Shown here piece by piece: positions 53,079 through 62,560 of a stretch of 64,000 nt of DNA (within the stretch, counting starts at the first letter, position 1; every line of letters starts with the position of its first letter). The stretch spans positions 954-64,953 of the forward strand of contig DASRZL010000154.1 in assembly GCA_035686425.1 (NCBI GenBank). The letters run 5' to 3'. Position numbers and translations under genes: made by a program. The stretch is from Thermoleophilia bacterium. Lineage in GTDB: Bacteria; Actinomycetota; Thermoleophilia; UBA2241. A model generated the notes under the pieces. It did no database searches. It was given only the letters and a program-made list of their open reading frames with translations, and was not told the DNA's origin.

Positions 53079-53671
53079 GGGTCGACCTCCGCTTCGGATT
53101 CGGCGATGACTGATGCGAACGCCCGGGCGACCACCTCCGCGCCGGCGTCGGTGAAGTGCACGCCGTCGGTCGTGAAGGGGCCTTCACCCTCCCCGGCGGC
53201 TGTGACGAAGGCGGGGCGCAGGTCGAGATCCCGGCAGGTGCGGCGCGCGGCCGCGAGTCCCGCCAGCGCCTCGCCGACCTCCTCCGCTCGCTCCTCCCAG
53301 AGCGAGCCGTTCGCCTCGAGGATGAGCGGGCGCACCACGATGAGTCGCGGCGCCCGCGCCTCCGTCCACTCGAGCAGCTCGTCGTAGTCGCCGACGAGGT
53401 GCGCGAGCCGCTCCGGCCAGCTCCAGCCGCTGCCGGGGACGGACGCATCCCAGGCGCCGATCACCGCGTCGTTGGCGCCGACCCAGATGAAAGCGAGGTC
53501 GACCGGCTCGAGCCCCTCGAGCTGCATCCGCGTCCAGAGGTCGGCGACCGTGTCGCCGGCCTTGCCGCGGTTGAGCAGCTCGTGTCGCGGCACGCGCCGG
53601 TCGAGCAGCGGGAAGTAGGCGGCGCCGGGCCACCCTTCGGTCAGGCTGTCACCGAGAAAGGCGATGAGCAT
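53075..53671 (-). CDS. SGNH/GDSL-family hydrolase.
   Basis: Block I is FLGDSLTEG. Block III is GANDA. DGVHFT is the catalytic His block. Confidence 0.7.
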   Translation of the reverse strand: MLIAFLGDSLTEGWPGAAYFPLLDRRVPRHELLNRGKAGDTVADLWTRMQLEGLEPVDLAFIWVGANDAVIGAWDASVPGSGWSWPERLAHLVGDYDELLEWTEARAPRLIVVRPLILEANGSLWEERAEEVGEALAGLAAARRTCRDLDLRPAFVTAAGEGEGPFTTDGVHFTDAGAEVVARAFASVIAESEAEVDP

Positions 53672-53797
53672 GGCTGCAGTCTACGCTGCCGCGGCGGGGA
53701 ATCCATGCCACTTCCAGAGGCGTAGAGGTGGATGTAGGCTGTCTGAGGGGGGTGGACCGCCGAGCGGACACCTTGACGATCGCGTGAAGGAGGGCGG

Positions 53798-53974
53798 ATG
53801 AAGAAGACGATCCTGGATATCGTCGGCTTGGTCGTATGAGTGGCGATCGTGGTTGCCGTGTGCAACTGGCTCAACGCCCCCGCGTGGATCACGTGGGGAC
53901 TCCCGCTCATCATCTGCGGCGGAACGGCCGTCGGCTGGGTGGTCCGAGCCGGTCGTCGGTCCGGGACGACATGA
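53798..53974 (+). other. Small ORF with a strong RBS (GAAGGAGGG) that encodes a hydrophobic peptide interrupted by an in-frame TGA (53837-53839): MKKTILDIVGLVV-TGA-VAIVVAVCNWLNAPAWITWGLPLIICGGTAVGWVVRAGRRSGTT.
   Basis: Codons were read directly from the sequence. The hydrophobic helix continues across the TGA. A GTG follows the TGA in frame, so a separate 44-aa peptide is an alternative. Confidence 0.25.
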
Positions 53975-53975
53975 G

Positions 53976-54581
53976 GTGAGCGGCGTCGCCCCTGGAGGGC
54001 CCGGGTCTCCGTTCCCGGAGCCGGGACGCGCCGACGTCCTGGCGACTCGCGTCATCATGAACGGGCTGCTCGGCCCTCTGTACGGCCGTTACGTGGACCA
54101 GATGGGTCTCCGCGGTGACGAGCGTGTGCTCGACTACGGTAGCGGCAGCGGGGCGGCCGCTCGCCACCTCGTGAGGCGACTGGATGCGGGCGGCCATCTC
54201 ACCTGCATGGACGTCTCACTGCGCTGGCAGGCGGTGCTCCGCAAAGTCCTGCGCTCCTGTCCGGAGGTGGAGTACCGGCTCGGCGACGTGCGCACGATGG
54301 GGTTGTCGGAGGGGAGCTTCGACGTCGTACTCGTGCACTGGATGCTGCACGACGTCGCTCCTGCCGACAGGCCGTCGATCGTGGCTGAGCTCGCGCGTCT
54401 GCTGCGCCCTCGCGGGCGCCTGTTCACGCGCGAGCCCATCGCCAACAAGCACGGGATCGCGGCAGCGGAGGTGCGTGCGCTGCTGGCCGGAGCCGGCCTC
54501 ACCGAGACGCTGGGCACCGAGGGCTGGGCGCCGTTCATCGGTGCGCACTATCGCGCCGTCTGGACCAGACCCACCGCGTGA
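53976..54581 (+). CDS. Class I SAM-dependent methyltransferase. Alternative ATG start at 54057.
   Basis: Motif I is VLDYGSGSGAAARHL. Motif post-I is CMDVS. Motif II is DVVLVHWMLHDV. The GTG at 53976 follows the small upstream ORF stop by 1 nt. Confidence 0.7.
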   Translation: MSGVAPGGPGSPFPEPGRADVLATRVIMNGLLGPLYGRYVDQMGLRGDERVLDYGSGSGAAARHLVRRLDAGGHLTCMDVSLRWQAVLRKVLRSCPEVEYRLGDVRTMGLSEGSFDVVLVHWMLHDVAPADRPSIVAELARLLRPRGRLFTREPIANKHGIAAAEVRALLAGAGLTETLGTEGWAPFIGAHYRAVWTRPTA

Positions 54582-54698
54582 CGTGCTCGCGCGGGCATGG
54601 CCCGCGCGCCGCCGCGTGCCGCGCCGGCCGAGGGCGGGACCACCGACCGGGGCACCATTGCCTGTCAGGAACTCGCCGGAAACCCCGCCCGCAGCGAG

Positions 54699-55742
54699 TC
54701 AGGCGACCGGCTGCTGCTGGGTGATGCAGTGGACGTTGCCATCCGACTTCGCCAGCTCCAGCGTGGGGACCTGGACGACCGTGCGGCCGGGGAAGAGGCG
54801 CGCGACGATGTCGCGCGCCACGTTGTCCGCGGGGTCGCCGAAGGCGGGCATCACGACGGCCCTCTCGGCGAGGTAGAAGTTCACGTAGCTGGGTGAGAGC
54901 CGGCGCCCCCGGTACTCGTATCGCGCCGGCATCGGCAGCTCCACCACCTCGAGCGCGCGGCCGTGGGCGTCGGTCGCCGCGCGCAGTCGCGCCAGGTTCT
55001 CGTGCACCGCGGTGAACTGCGGGTCGTCGCGGTCGGCGCAGCCGAGCGCCGCGACGACGCCCGGCGCCGTGAAGCAGGCGAGGTTGTCCACGTGGCCGCC
55101 GGTGTTGTCGTGGTCGAGGGCCGAGGTCAGCCAGATCACTCTCTCGGCGCCCAGGTAGTCGCAAAGGATCTGCTCGGCCATGTCCCTCTGGAGCCCGGGG
55201 TTCCGCCGCGGGTCGAGCACGACGTCGGTCGTCGTCAACACCGTGCCCTCGCCGTCGACATGGACGGCGCCGCCCTCGAGGACCAGCGGTGCGGCGAAGC
55301 GCCTCACCCCGAGCAGGTCGAGGATCCGCCTCGTCATGTTGCGCGTGCGCCCGTACTCCTCGTAGATGCCGCCGTAGGCGTTGAAGCGCCAGTCCACGCC
55401 GGCGAGCCCGCCGCGGCCATCGACCACGAAGGTCGGCGCCGTGTCGCGGGCCCAGGAGTCGTCGCTGGGCACGACCACCACGTCGGCCTCAGGCACGCCG
55501 GCGAGCGCGCTTCGCGCCGCGCCGGCGTCCTGCGCGTTGGCGGTCATGGTGACCGGCTCGAAGTCGGCCACGACGCGCGCGACGGAGGCGTAGGTCGCGC
55601 GCGCCTTCTCGATGTCGTCCCAGTTCTCCGGCCGGCACGGCCAGGCCATCCAGCAGCAGGCGTGCCGCGCCCACTCGGACGGCATGAAGAATCCAGCCTC
55701 ACGCGGCGTCGCCAAGGTCACCTCCAGGGTCCGGCAGAGCAT
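54699..55742 (-). CDS. aguA: Agmatine deiminase (porphyranase-type peptidylarginine deiminase family, AguA). Alternative start at 55685.
   Basis: It begins FFMPSEWARHACCWMAWP and has the C-terminal catalytic GNVHCITQQ. Confidence 0.8.
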   Translation of the reverse strand: MLCRTLEVTLATPREAGFFMPSEWARHACCWMAWPCRPENWDDIEKARATYASVARVVADFEPVTMTANAQDAGAARSALAGVPEADVVVVPSDDSWARDTAPTFVVDGRGGLAGVDWRFNAYGGIYEEYGRTRNMTRRILDLLGVRRFAAPLVLEGGAVHVDGEGTVLTTTDVVLDPRRNPGLQRDMAEQILCDYLGAERVIWLTSALDHDNTGGHVDNLACFTAPGVVAALGCADRDDPQFTAVHENLARLRAATDAHGRALEVVELPMPARYEYRGRRLSPSYVNFYLAERAVVMPAFGDPADNVARDIVARLFPGRTVVQVPTLELAKSDGNVHCITQQQPVA

Positions 55743-55826
55743 AGCTCACAACCTACGACGCGAAGCTCGCCCGCCGGGTCGTTCCTCGGCCAGCGGGTAG
55801 AGTAGCGGGGTCGACCGGGAGGGATC

Positions 55827-56426
55827 ATGCGCGTCGAAACGCAGCTGCTCAGCGCCCGCTCCGTACGTTGGCTGGACGTCGGGGTCGCGATCTGGATCGG
55901 CGTCTGGATCGTGCTCGGCGTGCTCGTCTGGAACGACCTCCGCACGCAGGCTCGGCTCAGCAGCGACGTGATCAAGGTGGGAACCGCGGTCAAGGACACC
56001 GGCCAGGCGCTGGGCGTGGTCGGAGGTCTGCCGCTGGTGGGTGACCGGATCGGTGAGTTCGCCGAACGGATCGAGACCATGGGCACGGAGGTCGAGACGA
56101 GCGGTCAGGACAGCCGTTCCGCCATCGAGCGCACCGCCGTTGTCGCGGGGCTGTGCGTCGGGGTCCTCCCGGCGGCGATGGCCCTGCTCCTGTACCTGCC
56201 CGCGCGGCTCCGCTGGAAGCGGTACGTGGGCGCGATCGCGACGGCGCTGCCGGGCGCCTCGGGCGATCCGGCGTTCGAGCAGTACCTGGCGCGCCGGGCT
56301 GCGGACGCCTTGCCTTGGGACAGTCTGCGTGCGATCAGTGCCGACCCCTGGCGCGACATCGACCGCGGGGAGTTCCGGGCGCTCGCCGACGCCGAGCTGG
56401 AGCGGCTCGGGTTGCGACGGCAGTAG
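55827..56426 (+). CDS. Hypothetical membrane protein.
   Basis: GGGAGGGATC precedes the ATG. There are two to three TM segments. Confidence 0.5.
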   Translation: MRVETQLLSARSVRWLDVGVAIWIGVWIVLGVLVWNDLRTQARLSSDVIKVGTAVKDTGQALGVVGGLPLVGDRIGEFAERIETMGTEVETSGQDSRSAIERTAVVAGLCVGVLPAAMALLLYLPARLRWKRYVGAIATALPGASGDPAFEQYLARRAADALPWDSLRAISADPWRDIDRGEFRALADAELERLGLRRQ

Positions 56427-56637
56427 GCCGGCGGCGGCGTCGCCGGTCGTGCGATGGTACGGCGTCGTCGGCCTGCCCCCGCGCACGCTCGCGGCGCGTG
56501 TCGCGATGGGCCTGGAGCAGACTCCCCCGTCGCCGCGCCCGACCGACGACGCTCAACGTCTGGCGGCGGATCGCCGGCCGCGGTGGTAGAGTCACGGCGA
56601 GGCGCGCCGGGGCGGCGCGCCGGTCGCGGGAGGACGC

Positions 56638-58554
56638 TTGCGCATGGTCGGGTCGAGGGTCGGACGGCACGGCGGGCTACGGGTGCGACGCCAGTTGCTC
56701 AGTCTCTGCGTGCTGGTGGCCGTGGCTGCCGGCCTCGCGGGCTTGACGGCCGGCCCCGCGGCGGCCAAGGAGTTCTCGATCACGAGCGTCCGCGTGGACG
56801 CGACGGTGCAGCCCAGCGGCGACGTGCGCATCACCGAAACGCGCACGCTCGACTTCGCCGGTACTTTCCACTTCGTCTACTGGGATCTTTCCACGAAGGG
56901 CTCGCAGGGGATCAGCGTACTCGGCGCCAGCGGCCCGGCCCCGGCTGATCCCGCGACGACGATGCCGTACGAGCTGTCGTCGTTCCCCGCCGTACGCTCG
57001 AACATCGGCGAGATCGGGACCTACGGCGTTTCGGACGGGGACGGCGTCGTCACCGTCCAGCTCAACTTCGAGCTCACGGACACGACCGGCAGCTTCACCG
57101 TTGACTACGTCGCCAGGGGCGCCGCAAAGCGCTGGAGCGACACGGCCGAGCTGTACTGGAAGTTCATCGGCGACGAGACGGCGCTCGAGTCCCGAGACGT
57201 GCGGGTGACGGTCCACCTCCCCGAAGACGTGACCAGCGATCAGGTGCGCGCGTGGGCGCACGGCCCGCTGTGGGGCACGGTCACTATCGAGCCTGACGCC
57301 AGCGTCGTCATGGCCGTGGACCCGCTGCCGGCCTACACGTTCGTGGAGGGCCGCATCCTGTTCCCCGCCACGGCCCTCAGCACGGCGTCGGCGAGCACGA
57401 CGCCCAAACTCGACGAGGTCCTCGCCGAGGAGAAGCGCCTCGCCGATGAGGCCAACCGCTCGCGTCTCTGGGCGCGTGTCAAGAGCGTCCTCTGGGGCAT
57501 CCTCGGCGTGGGTCTGCCGGTCGTCGCCCTCGTGCTCGTCCTGGTCCTCTACTTCCGCCACGGTCGCGAACCCAAGACGCAGTTCAAGGCCCAGTATCTC
57601 CGCGACTTCCCCCAGCCGCAGCTCCCACCGGCGCTGGCGGCGTTCATCTGGCGGATGGGCAGCGTCGGTCGCGACGACGCCACGGCGACGCTGCTCGATC
57701 TCGTGAACCGCAAGGTCATCGACCTCGAGCGCGTCACGGTCCACAAGGAGAAGCTGTTCGGCAAGGACGAGACGACCACGTACAGACTGACGTTGCACGA
57801 CGAGCGGATCGGAGACCTGCTCCCCTTCGAGCAGCAGCTCGTCGAGTTCCTCTTCCACGACGTCGCCGATGGCTCGCAGTTCGTCCTCAGCGAACTCAAG
57901 GACCTCGCCAAGAAGCACCGGACCGCGTTCGCCAAAGGCTACTCGACATGGACGAACAAGGTGCGGGAGGAGGGCCGCGATCGCGGCTACCTCGACTCGC
58001 ACGCCGACACCATGGCGTTCTTCGCGGCGAGTCTCGCCTTCGTCGCCATCGTCGGCGCGGGGGCCGCCGCGGTCTTCAGTGGGTTCTACTGGTTCTTCCT
58101 TGGCGTCCCTGTCGGCGTCGTGCTCATCTTCTTCGCGCGCGCGGTCAAGCGACGCTCGCAGGAGGCGGCGGAGCTGCACGCTCAGTACGAGGCGCTCGAG
58201 CGGTACCTCAAGGACTTCGGCCGGCTCGACGAGAAGCCACCGGACGCGGTGGTGCTCTGGGAGCAGTTCCTCGTGTACGCGGTCGTGTTCGGCATCGCCG
58301 ACCAGGTCGTGAAGGCGATGAGCGTCAAGGTCCCGGAGGTCATGAGCGACCCGGCCTTCCGCACCTCCTACTACATCTGGTTTGCAGCGCCCGGCGACGG
58401 CGGCGGGCTATCGGCCTTCAGCGAGATGCACGAGAGCTTCGGCCAAGCCGTGGCTGTGGCGACTTCCTCCTCGTCGTCCGGGTCCGGCGGCGGGGGCGGG
58501 TTCTCCGGCGGCGGCGGCGGCGGAGGCGGCGGGGGCGGCTTCGGCGCAGGCTGA
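56638..58554 (+). CDS. DUF2207-family membrane protein with a C-terminal Gly-rich tail.
   Basis: It has a signal peptide, a large extracytoplasmic N-domain and TM helices. A C-terminal region follows, ending in SSSSGSGGGGGFSGGGGGGGGGGGFGAG. This tail is typical of DUF2207. Confidence 0.75.
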   Translation: MRMVGSRVGRHGGLRVRRQLLSLCVLVAVAAGLAGLTAGPAAAKEFSITSVRVDATVQPSGDVRITETRTLDFAGTFHFVYWDLSTKGSQGISVLGASGPAPADPATTMPYELSSFPAVRSNIGEIGTYGVSDGDGVVTVQLNFELTDTTGSFTVDYVARGAAKRWSDTAELYWKFIGDETALESRDVRVTVHLPEDVTSDQVRAWAHGPLWGTVTIEPDASVVMAVDPLPAYTFVEGRILFPATALSTASASTTPKLDEVLAEEKRLADEANRSRLWARVKSVLWGILGVGLPVVALVLVLVLYFRHGREPKTQFKAQYLRDFPQPQLPPALAAFIWRMGSVGRDDATATLLDLVNRKVIDLERVTVHKEKLFGKDETTTYRLTLHDERIGDLLPFEQQLVEFLFHDVADGSQFVLSELKDLAKKHRTAFAKGYSTWTNKVREEGRDRGYLDSHADTMAFFAASLAFVAIVGAGAAAVFSGFYWFFLGVPVGVVLIFFARAVKRRSQEAAELHAQYEALERYLKDFGRLDEKPPDAVVLWEQFLVYAVVFGIADQVVKAMSVKVPEVMSDPAFRTSYYIWFAAPGDGGGLSAFSEMHESFGQAVAVATSSSSSGSGGGGGFSGGGGGGGGGGGFGAG

Positions 58555-58706
58555 TGCGGCCGGACGCCGGCCCCCGGCCTCTGCCAGGATTCTTTACACT
58601 GCCACCGTAGGGTTTACCCCCGTGCACCCCCGGGAACATCCACCGCGAAAGCGAGCGACGCTCCCAGGGCTCCGGAAGGCTTGCGGGGAGTGCGAGGAGG
58701 ACCACC

Positions 58707-59135
58707 ATGGCACGACCTGTCCCCATCACCTTCGGTGAGAAATACCATCGCGTCCAGAAGGCGGTCGCGGCCGCGACAAGCGCCGACCGCCGTCACTTCG
58801 ACTTCACCGGCGAGGTAGAGCCCGGCGTGCGTCTCGTGCTCAGCGAGGCGGGCGGCACGCCGCTCGCGTTCTCCCTCTGGAGCTACCCCCAGGACATCAC
58901 CGAGCTCTGCAGTGATGCGAGCGTGCCGGCCACGGCGGCGCTCCTCGCGATCGACGGGCAGCAGGCGCGGGCGGCCACAGCCGCGGGTCTCACCGTCGAC
59001 CTTGCGCAGTTCACGCGCAGCCAGTCCCGGCCGGACGTCTACTACACGCTGTTCGACTACGCGAGCCGGCGCCAGATCCACACGGTGCTGCACCGGCTCG
59101 TCCCCGCCCTGGAGTCGCACGCGGTGGCCGCCTGA
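58707..59135 (+). CDS. Hypothetical protein (142 aa).
   Basis: GAGGAGGA lies 5 nt before the ATG. Confidence 0.5.
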   Translation: MARPVPITFGEKYHRVQKAVAAATSADRRHFDFTGEVEPGVRLVLSEAGGTPLAFSLWSYPQDITELCSDASVPATAALLAIDGQQARAATAAGLTVDLAQFTRSQSRPDVYYTLFDYASRRQIHTVLHRLVPALESHAVAA

Positions 59136-59401
59136 GCGGCCGACCGCGGACCTGTGAACGACGCCAGCGCAGCGACACCATCTTCGACCTGCCTTCCGGC
59201 AGCCCGGCGGCCGCGCCCCGCGAGAGCGGGCGCGCGGCCGTCAAGCGCGCCTGCCACGCGACCGGTCGACAGGTCGCCGCCAGCCAACGGCGATCGCCGT
59301 TTCCATTGGTAGCATAGGGGTCCATCCGACGGACCCATCCGAGACCGGGCGCGCCGCCTTCTGCCGGGCCGCGCCCTACGAAAGAGGAGGAGCACGCGAA
59401 C

Positions 59402-59947
59402 ATGACCGAATCCTACAAGAACACGCCGCCGGCACCCGAGGACAAGGGCGCAATGACGGCCGAGAACATCGCCGCCGCGCTGGCCGGCGAGAGCCAAGCC
59501 TCGCAGAAGTACCTGGCGTTCGCCGACGTCGCCGACGCCGAGGGCTACCCGAACGTCGCCCGCCTCTTCCGCGCCGTGGCCTATGCAGAGAGCACGCATG
59601 CCCGCAACCACCTCAGTGTGCTCGGCGGCATCGGCACCACGGCCGAGAACCTCAAGGCGGCCTGGGGCGGCGAGACGTTCGAGATCGACGAGATGTACCC
59701 GGCATACGACGCCGTCGCCGAGCTCCAGGGCAATGAATCTGCGCGCGTGTCGATCAGGTACGCCCTGAAGGCCGAGACGGATCACCAGGACATCTACGAC
59801 ACCACGCTCAAGGGCATCGAGGGCGAGAAGGACCTCGATGATGCCCGCGTCTATGTCTGCCCCATCTGCGGCCACACGGTGATCGGCAAAGCGCCTGCCT
59901 ACTGCACGCAGTGCGGCACCACCGCCGAGTTCTTCAAGGAGTTCTGA
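59402..59947 (+). CDS. Rubrerythrin-family protein: a ferritin-like di-iron domain plus a C-terminal rubredoxin-like CxxC...CxxC.
   Basis: The di-iron ligand helices are E..A...Y, E..H and E..H. The C-terminal motif is CPICGHTVIGKAPAYCTQCG. An AGAGGAGGAG RBS is present. Confidence 0.85.
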   Translation: MTESYKNTPPAPEDKGAMTAENIAAALAGESQASQKYLAFADVADAEGYPNVARLFRAVAYAESTHARNHLSVLGGIGTTAENLKAAWGGETFEIDEMYPAYDAVAELQGNESARVSIRYALKAETDHQDIYDTTLKGIEGEKDLDDARVYVCPICGHTVIGKAPAYCTQCGTTAEFFKEF

Positions 59948-60492
59948 TGGAGGAAGCCCTGGAGAAGCGCCTCCCCAAGACCGAGGACCTCGGCGCCATG
60001 ACCGAGGAGAGCCTCAAGGCCGCCTTCGCCGGGGAGAGCCAGGCGGCCGAGAAGTACCTCGTCTGGGCCGACCAGGCCGAGGACGAAGGCTACCCCAACG
60101 TGGCCAAGCTGTTCCGCGCCATCTCGTTCGCCGAGACGCGTCACGCGCGCAACCACCTGCGCGTCATGGGCGGCATCGGCGCCACCGCCGACAACCTCCT
60201 CGCGGCGTTCGGCGGCGAGAGCTTCGAGGTCGACGAGATGTATCCGGCCTACCATTCCATCGCCAAGAAGCAGGGCAACAACCAGGCCGTGCGCAGCATC
60301 AACTACGCGCTCAAGTCCGAGGTCGACCACAAGGGGATGTACACCGACGCTCGCGAGCAGGTGCTCGACGGCAAGGACGTCGCCGACCAGCAGGTGCACG
60401 TGTGCCTCGTCTGCGGTCACACCGTCATCGGCGACGCTCCGGACAAGTGTCCCTATTGCGCCGCCGGCAAGGAGCTCTACAAGACGTTCTGA
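59947..60492 (+). CDS. Second rubrerythrin paralogue, translationally coupled to the first (TGATG).
   Basis: It has the same architecture and ends in CLVCGHTVIGDAPDKCPYCA. Confidence 0.85.
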   Translation: MEEALEKRLPKTEDLGAMTEESLKAAFAGESQAAEKYLVWADQAEDEGYPNVAKLFRAISFAETRHARNHLRVMGGIGATADNLLAAFGGESFEVDEMYPAYHSIAKKQGNNQAVRSINYALKSEVDHKGMYTDAREQVLDGKDVADQQVHVCLVCGHTVIGDAPDKCPYCAAGKELYKTF

Positions 60493-60612
60493 AGCGCGGC
60501 AGCGAAGACCGAACGACCCCGACGGGGCCGGCCGCCGCTACGGCGGGCCGGCCCCGTCGCACGTTCGGCCCGATGGTCGCGCGCCCGGCGGCTGAGGACG
60601 CCGGCGGCGTCC

Positions 60613-61350
60613 TCAGCCGCCGCTGCCCTGTGCGGCCGCTGGTGACGGCGAGGCCAGCAGCTCCGCGGGGTCGTAGCCTGCCGCGTACTCGACCCCGAGG
60701 GCCTTCAACCGCTCGACGATCCAAGCCTTCCAGAGCTCCTGCTTCGCGGAGTCGAGGAGTGTCGCGCGGATCACACCGGTGGCCTTCGCCAAGGTCGCCG
60801 TCGCCTTCTTCTCGCTCAGCTGGTCCTTGTTCGCGTCCCAGTAGGCCTGCACATCGGCGTCGCTCACGGAGGCCTCCTTGACCACGGTCGCGGCGACCTT
60901 CCGAGTCAGCGCCTGCGATCGGAGTGAGCGCTTGAGGAGCTCCATGCTCATTCCCTGCTCTTCGAGGAGCGCGCGTACCTTCTCCTCGCCGCCGAAGTCC
61001 TTCCTGATCTGCGCGATCTGGTCGTTCACTTCCTCGTCGCTCACGGACACGCCGAGATCGCCGGCGCTCTGCGCCACGATCTGCTCCTGCACCAGGTAGT
61101 CGACGATCTGTCCGACGTACTGGTCGTACTCGGAGGTGCCTTCGGGCGGGAAAGCGGAGCCCTGAGCCTTCACCTGCGTCTTGGCCTGCGTCAGCAGTTC
61201 CTGGAGGTCGGCCGTGGTCACACTGGTGTCGCCGACAGTCGCCACCGCATCGCTGGGGACATCGCCGCCGCAGCCGGCGGTGAGCAGACCCGCTGCCGGG
61301 ATGCCGAGCACCGCCAGCACGGCGAGAACGACGACGGTGGTGCGCTTCAT
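60613..61350 (-). CDS. Lipoprotein with a SurA N-terminal-like chaperone domain.
   Basis: The signal peptide is MKRTTVVVLAVLAVLGIPAAGLLTAGC. It has a lipobox and the SurA_N-like layout (PpiC-less). Confidence 0.65.
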   Translation of the reverse strand: MKRTTVVVLAVLAVLGIPAAGLLTAGCGGDVPSDAVATVGDTSVTTADLQELLTQAKTQVKAQGSAFPPEGTSEYDQYVGQIVDYLVQEQIVAQSAGDLGVSVSDEEVNDQIAQIRKDFGGEEKVRALLEEQGMSMELLKRSLRSQALTRKVAATVVKEASVSDADVQAYWDANKDQLSEKKATATLAKATGVIRATLLDSAKQELWKAWIVERLKALGVEYAAGYDPAELLASPSPAAAQGSGG

Positions 61351-61653
61351 GGAGGGTCCTCTCTTCGGGGGGAAGCATCGGCGGCGGCCGTCACCCGGTC
61401 ACGCCGCCTGCGGCGGAGCATAGCCGCGATGGCTGAGCATCCGCTGAAGCGCGGCTGAGAGCAACCTGAGAGCGCGCTTCGGACGGTCTTCAGCATCGGC
61501 GGTCTCGATCGCGTCCTCCCGCCGTGCTGCAGCAGGCCGGAGGTCCCGGCCTGCACCGCCGCGTGCCGTCGCCGCCAGCTCGTAGCGCCCTTTGATACAC
61601 TCGCCCCTGACACGCGCGGGCCTCGCCCGCGACACCGTCAGGAGGTTCCCGAC

Positions 61654-62106
61654 GTGGGATACGACTTCGGCGTCGGCCGCGAAGCGCCGACCTTCACTCT
61701 CAGCGCCGTCGACGGCAACGAGATCAGGCTCAATCAGTACCGTGGCGACTGGTTCCCGGTGCTCGTGTTCATCCAGACACAGGCGCCGGACGCCGCACAG
61801 ACGCTTCAACGGCTGAGCTCGGCGGCGGACTCGCTCTGGGGTCTGCGCGGCCAGCTCGTCGGCATCTGCGACGCCGGCCGCGACGACGTCAAGGCCCTGG
61901 CCGACGGCGTGCCCGGTCTCGCATTCCCCCTGCTGCCGGACGACGGCAGCGTCGCGCAGCTCTACGGCGCGCTGCGCAAGGACGGCGCTACCCGGCCGAT
62001 GGCCTTCATCATCGATCGCTCCGGCAAGATCGTGTGGACCGGTGAAGGAGAGGCGGCGCTCGAGGCCCCCAATCTCATCGCCGCCTTCCGCCGGGTGGTG
62101 CGCTGA
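61654..62106 (+). CDS. AhpC/TSA-family (redoxin fold) protein lacking the catalytic cysteine.
   Basis: The family N-terminal pattern is APTFTLSAVDGNEIRLNQYRGDWFPVLVF. Where FxPxDFTFVCPTE would normally be, it reads IQTQAPDAAQ. GGAGG lies 8 nt before the GTG start. Confidence 0.6.
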   Translation: MGYDFGVGREAPTFTLSAVDGNEIRLNQYRGDWFPVLVFIQTQAPDAAQTLQRLSSAADSLWGLRGQLVGICDAGRDDVKALADGVPGLAFPLLPDDGSVAQLYGALRKDGATRPMAFIIDRSGKIVWTGEGEAALEAPNLIAAFRRVVR

Positions 62107-62170
62107 TCCGTTCCATCCGGGCGCTTGCGGGTACAACTGGCTGTGCAGTCTCCGCAAAGGAGTGAGCTCG

Positions 62171-62539
62171 ATGTTGATCGGTCAGACCATGTTCAGCGTC
62201 CGCAAAGGCACGGAGCACCGTGCCGAACGGGCGCTTCAGGAGCTCGCCGGCTACCTCCAGGGTGCGCCGGGACACACAGGCCATCGCGTGCTGCGGTCGT
62301 TCGGCATGTCGCCGCTCGGCAGTGCGCTCCGCGACGAGGGCAGAGAGGCGACGCTCGGCGACGTCCACTTCATCTTCGAGACGCAGTGGGAGTCGCTCGC
62401 CCTGCACGATGAGTTCTACCAGAGTCCGCCCGTGCAGCGGATCTACGGCACACTGCAGTCGATCTTCACGAGCGGTCCTTTCGAGGTGCTCTACGACACA
62501 CTTGTCGAAGAGCCCCAGCACGACAACGCCGCCGTCTGA
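62171..62539 (+). CDS. Hypothetical protein with an ABM/Dabb-like fold.
   Basis: AAGGAG lies 8 nt upstream of the ATG. It is 122 aa. Confidence 0.45.
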   Translation: MLIGQTMFSVRKGTEHRAERALQELAGYLQGAPGHTGHRVLRSFGMSPLGSALRDEGREATLGDVHFIFETQWESLALHDEFYQSPPVQRIYGTLQSIFTSGPFEVLYDTLVEEPQHDNAAV

Positions 62540-62560
62540 CGGTCGGGGCGATCAGCGACG

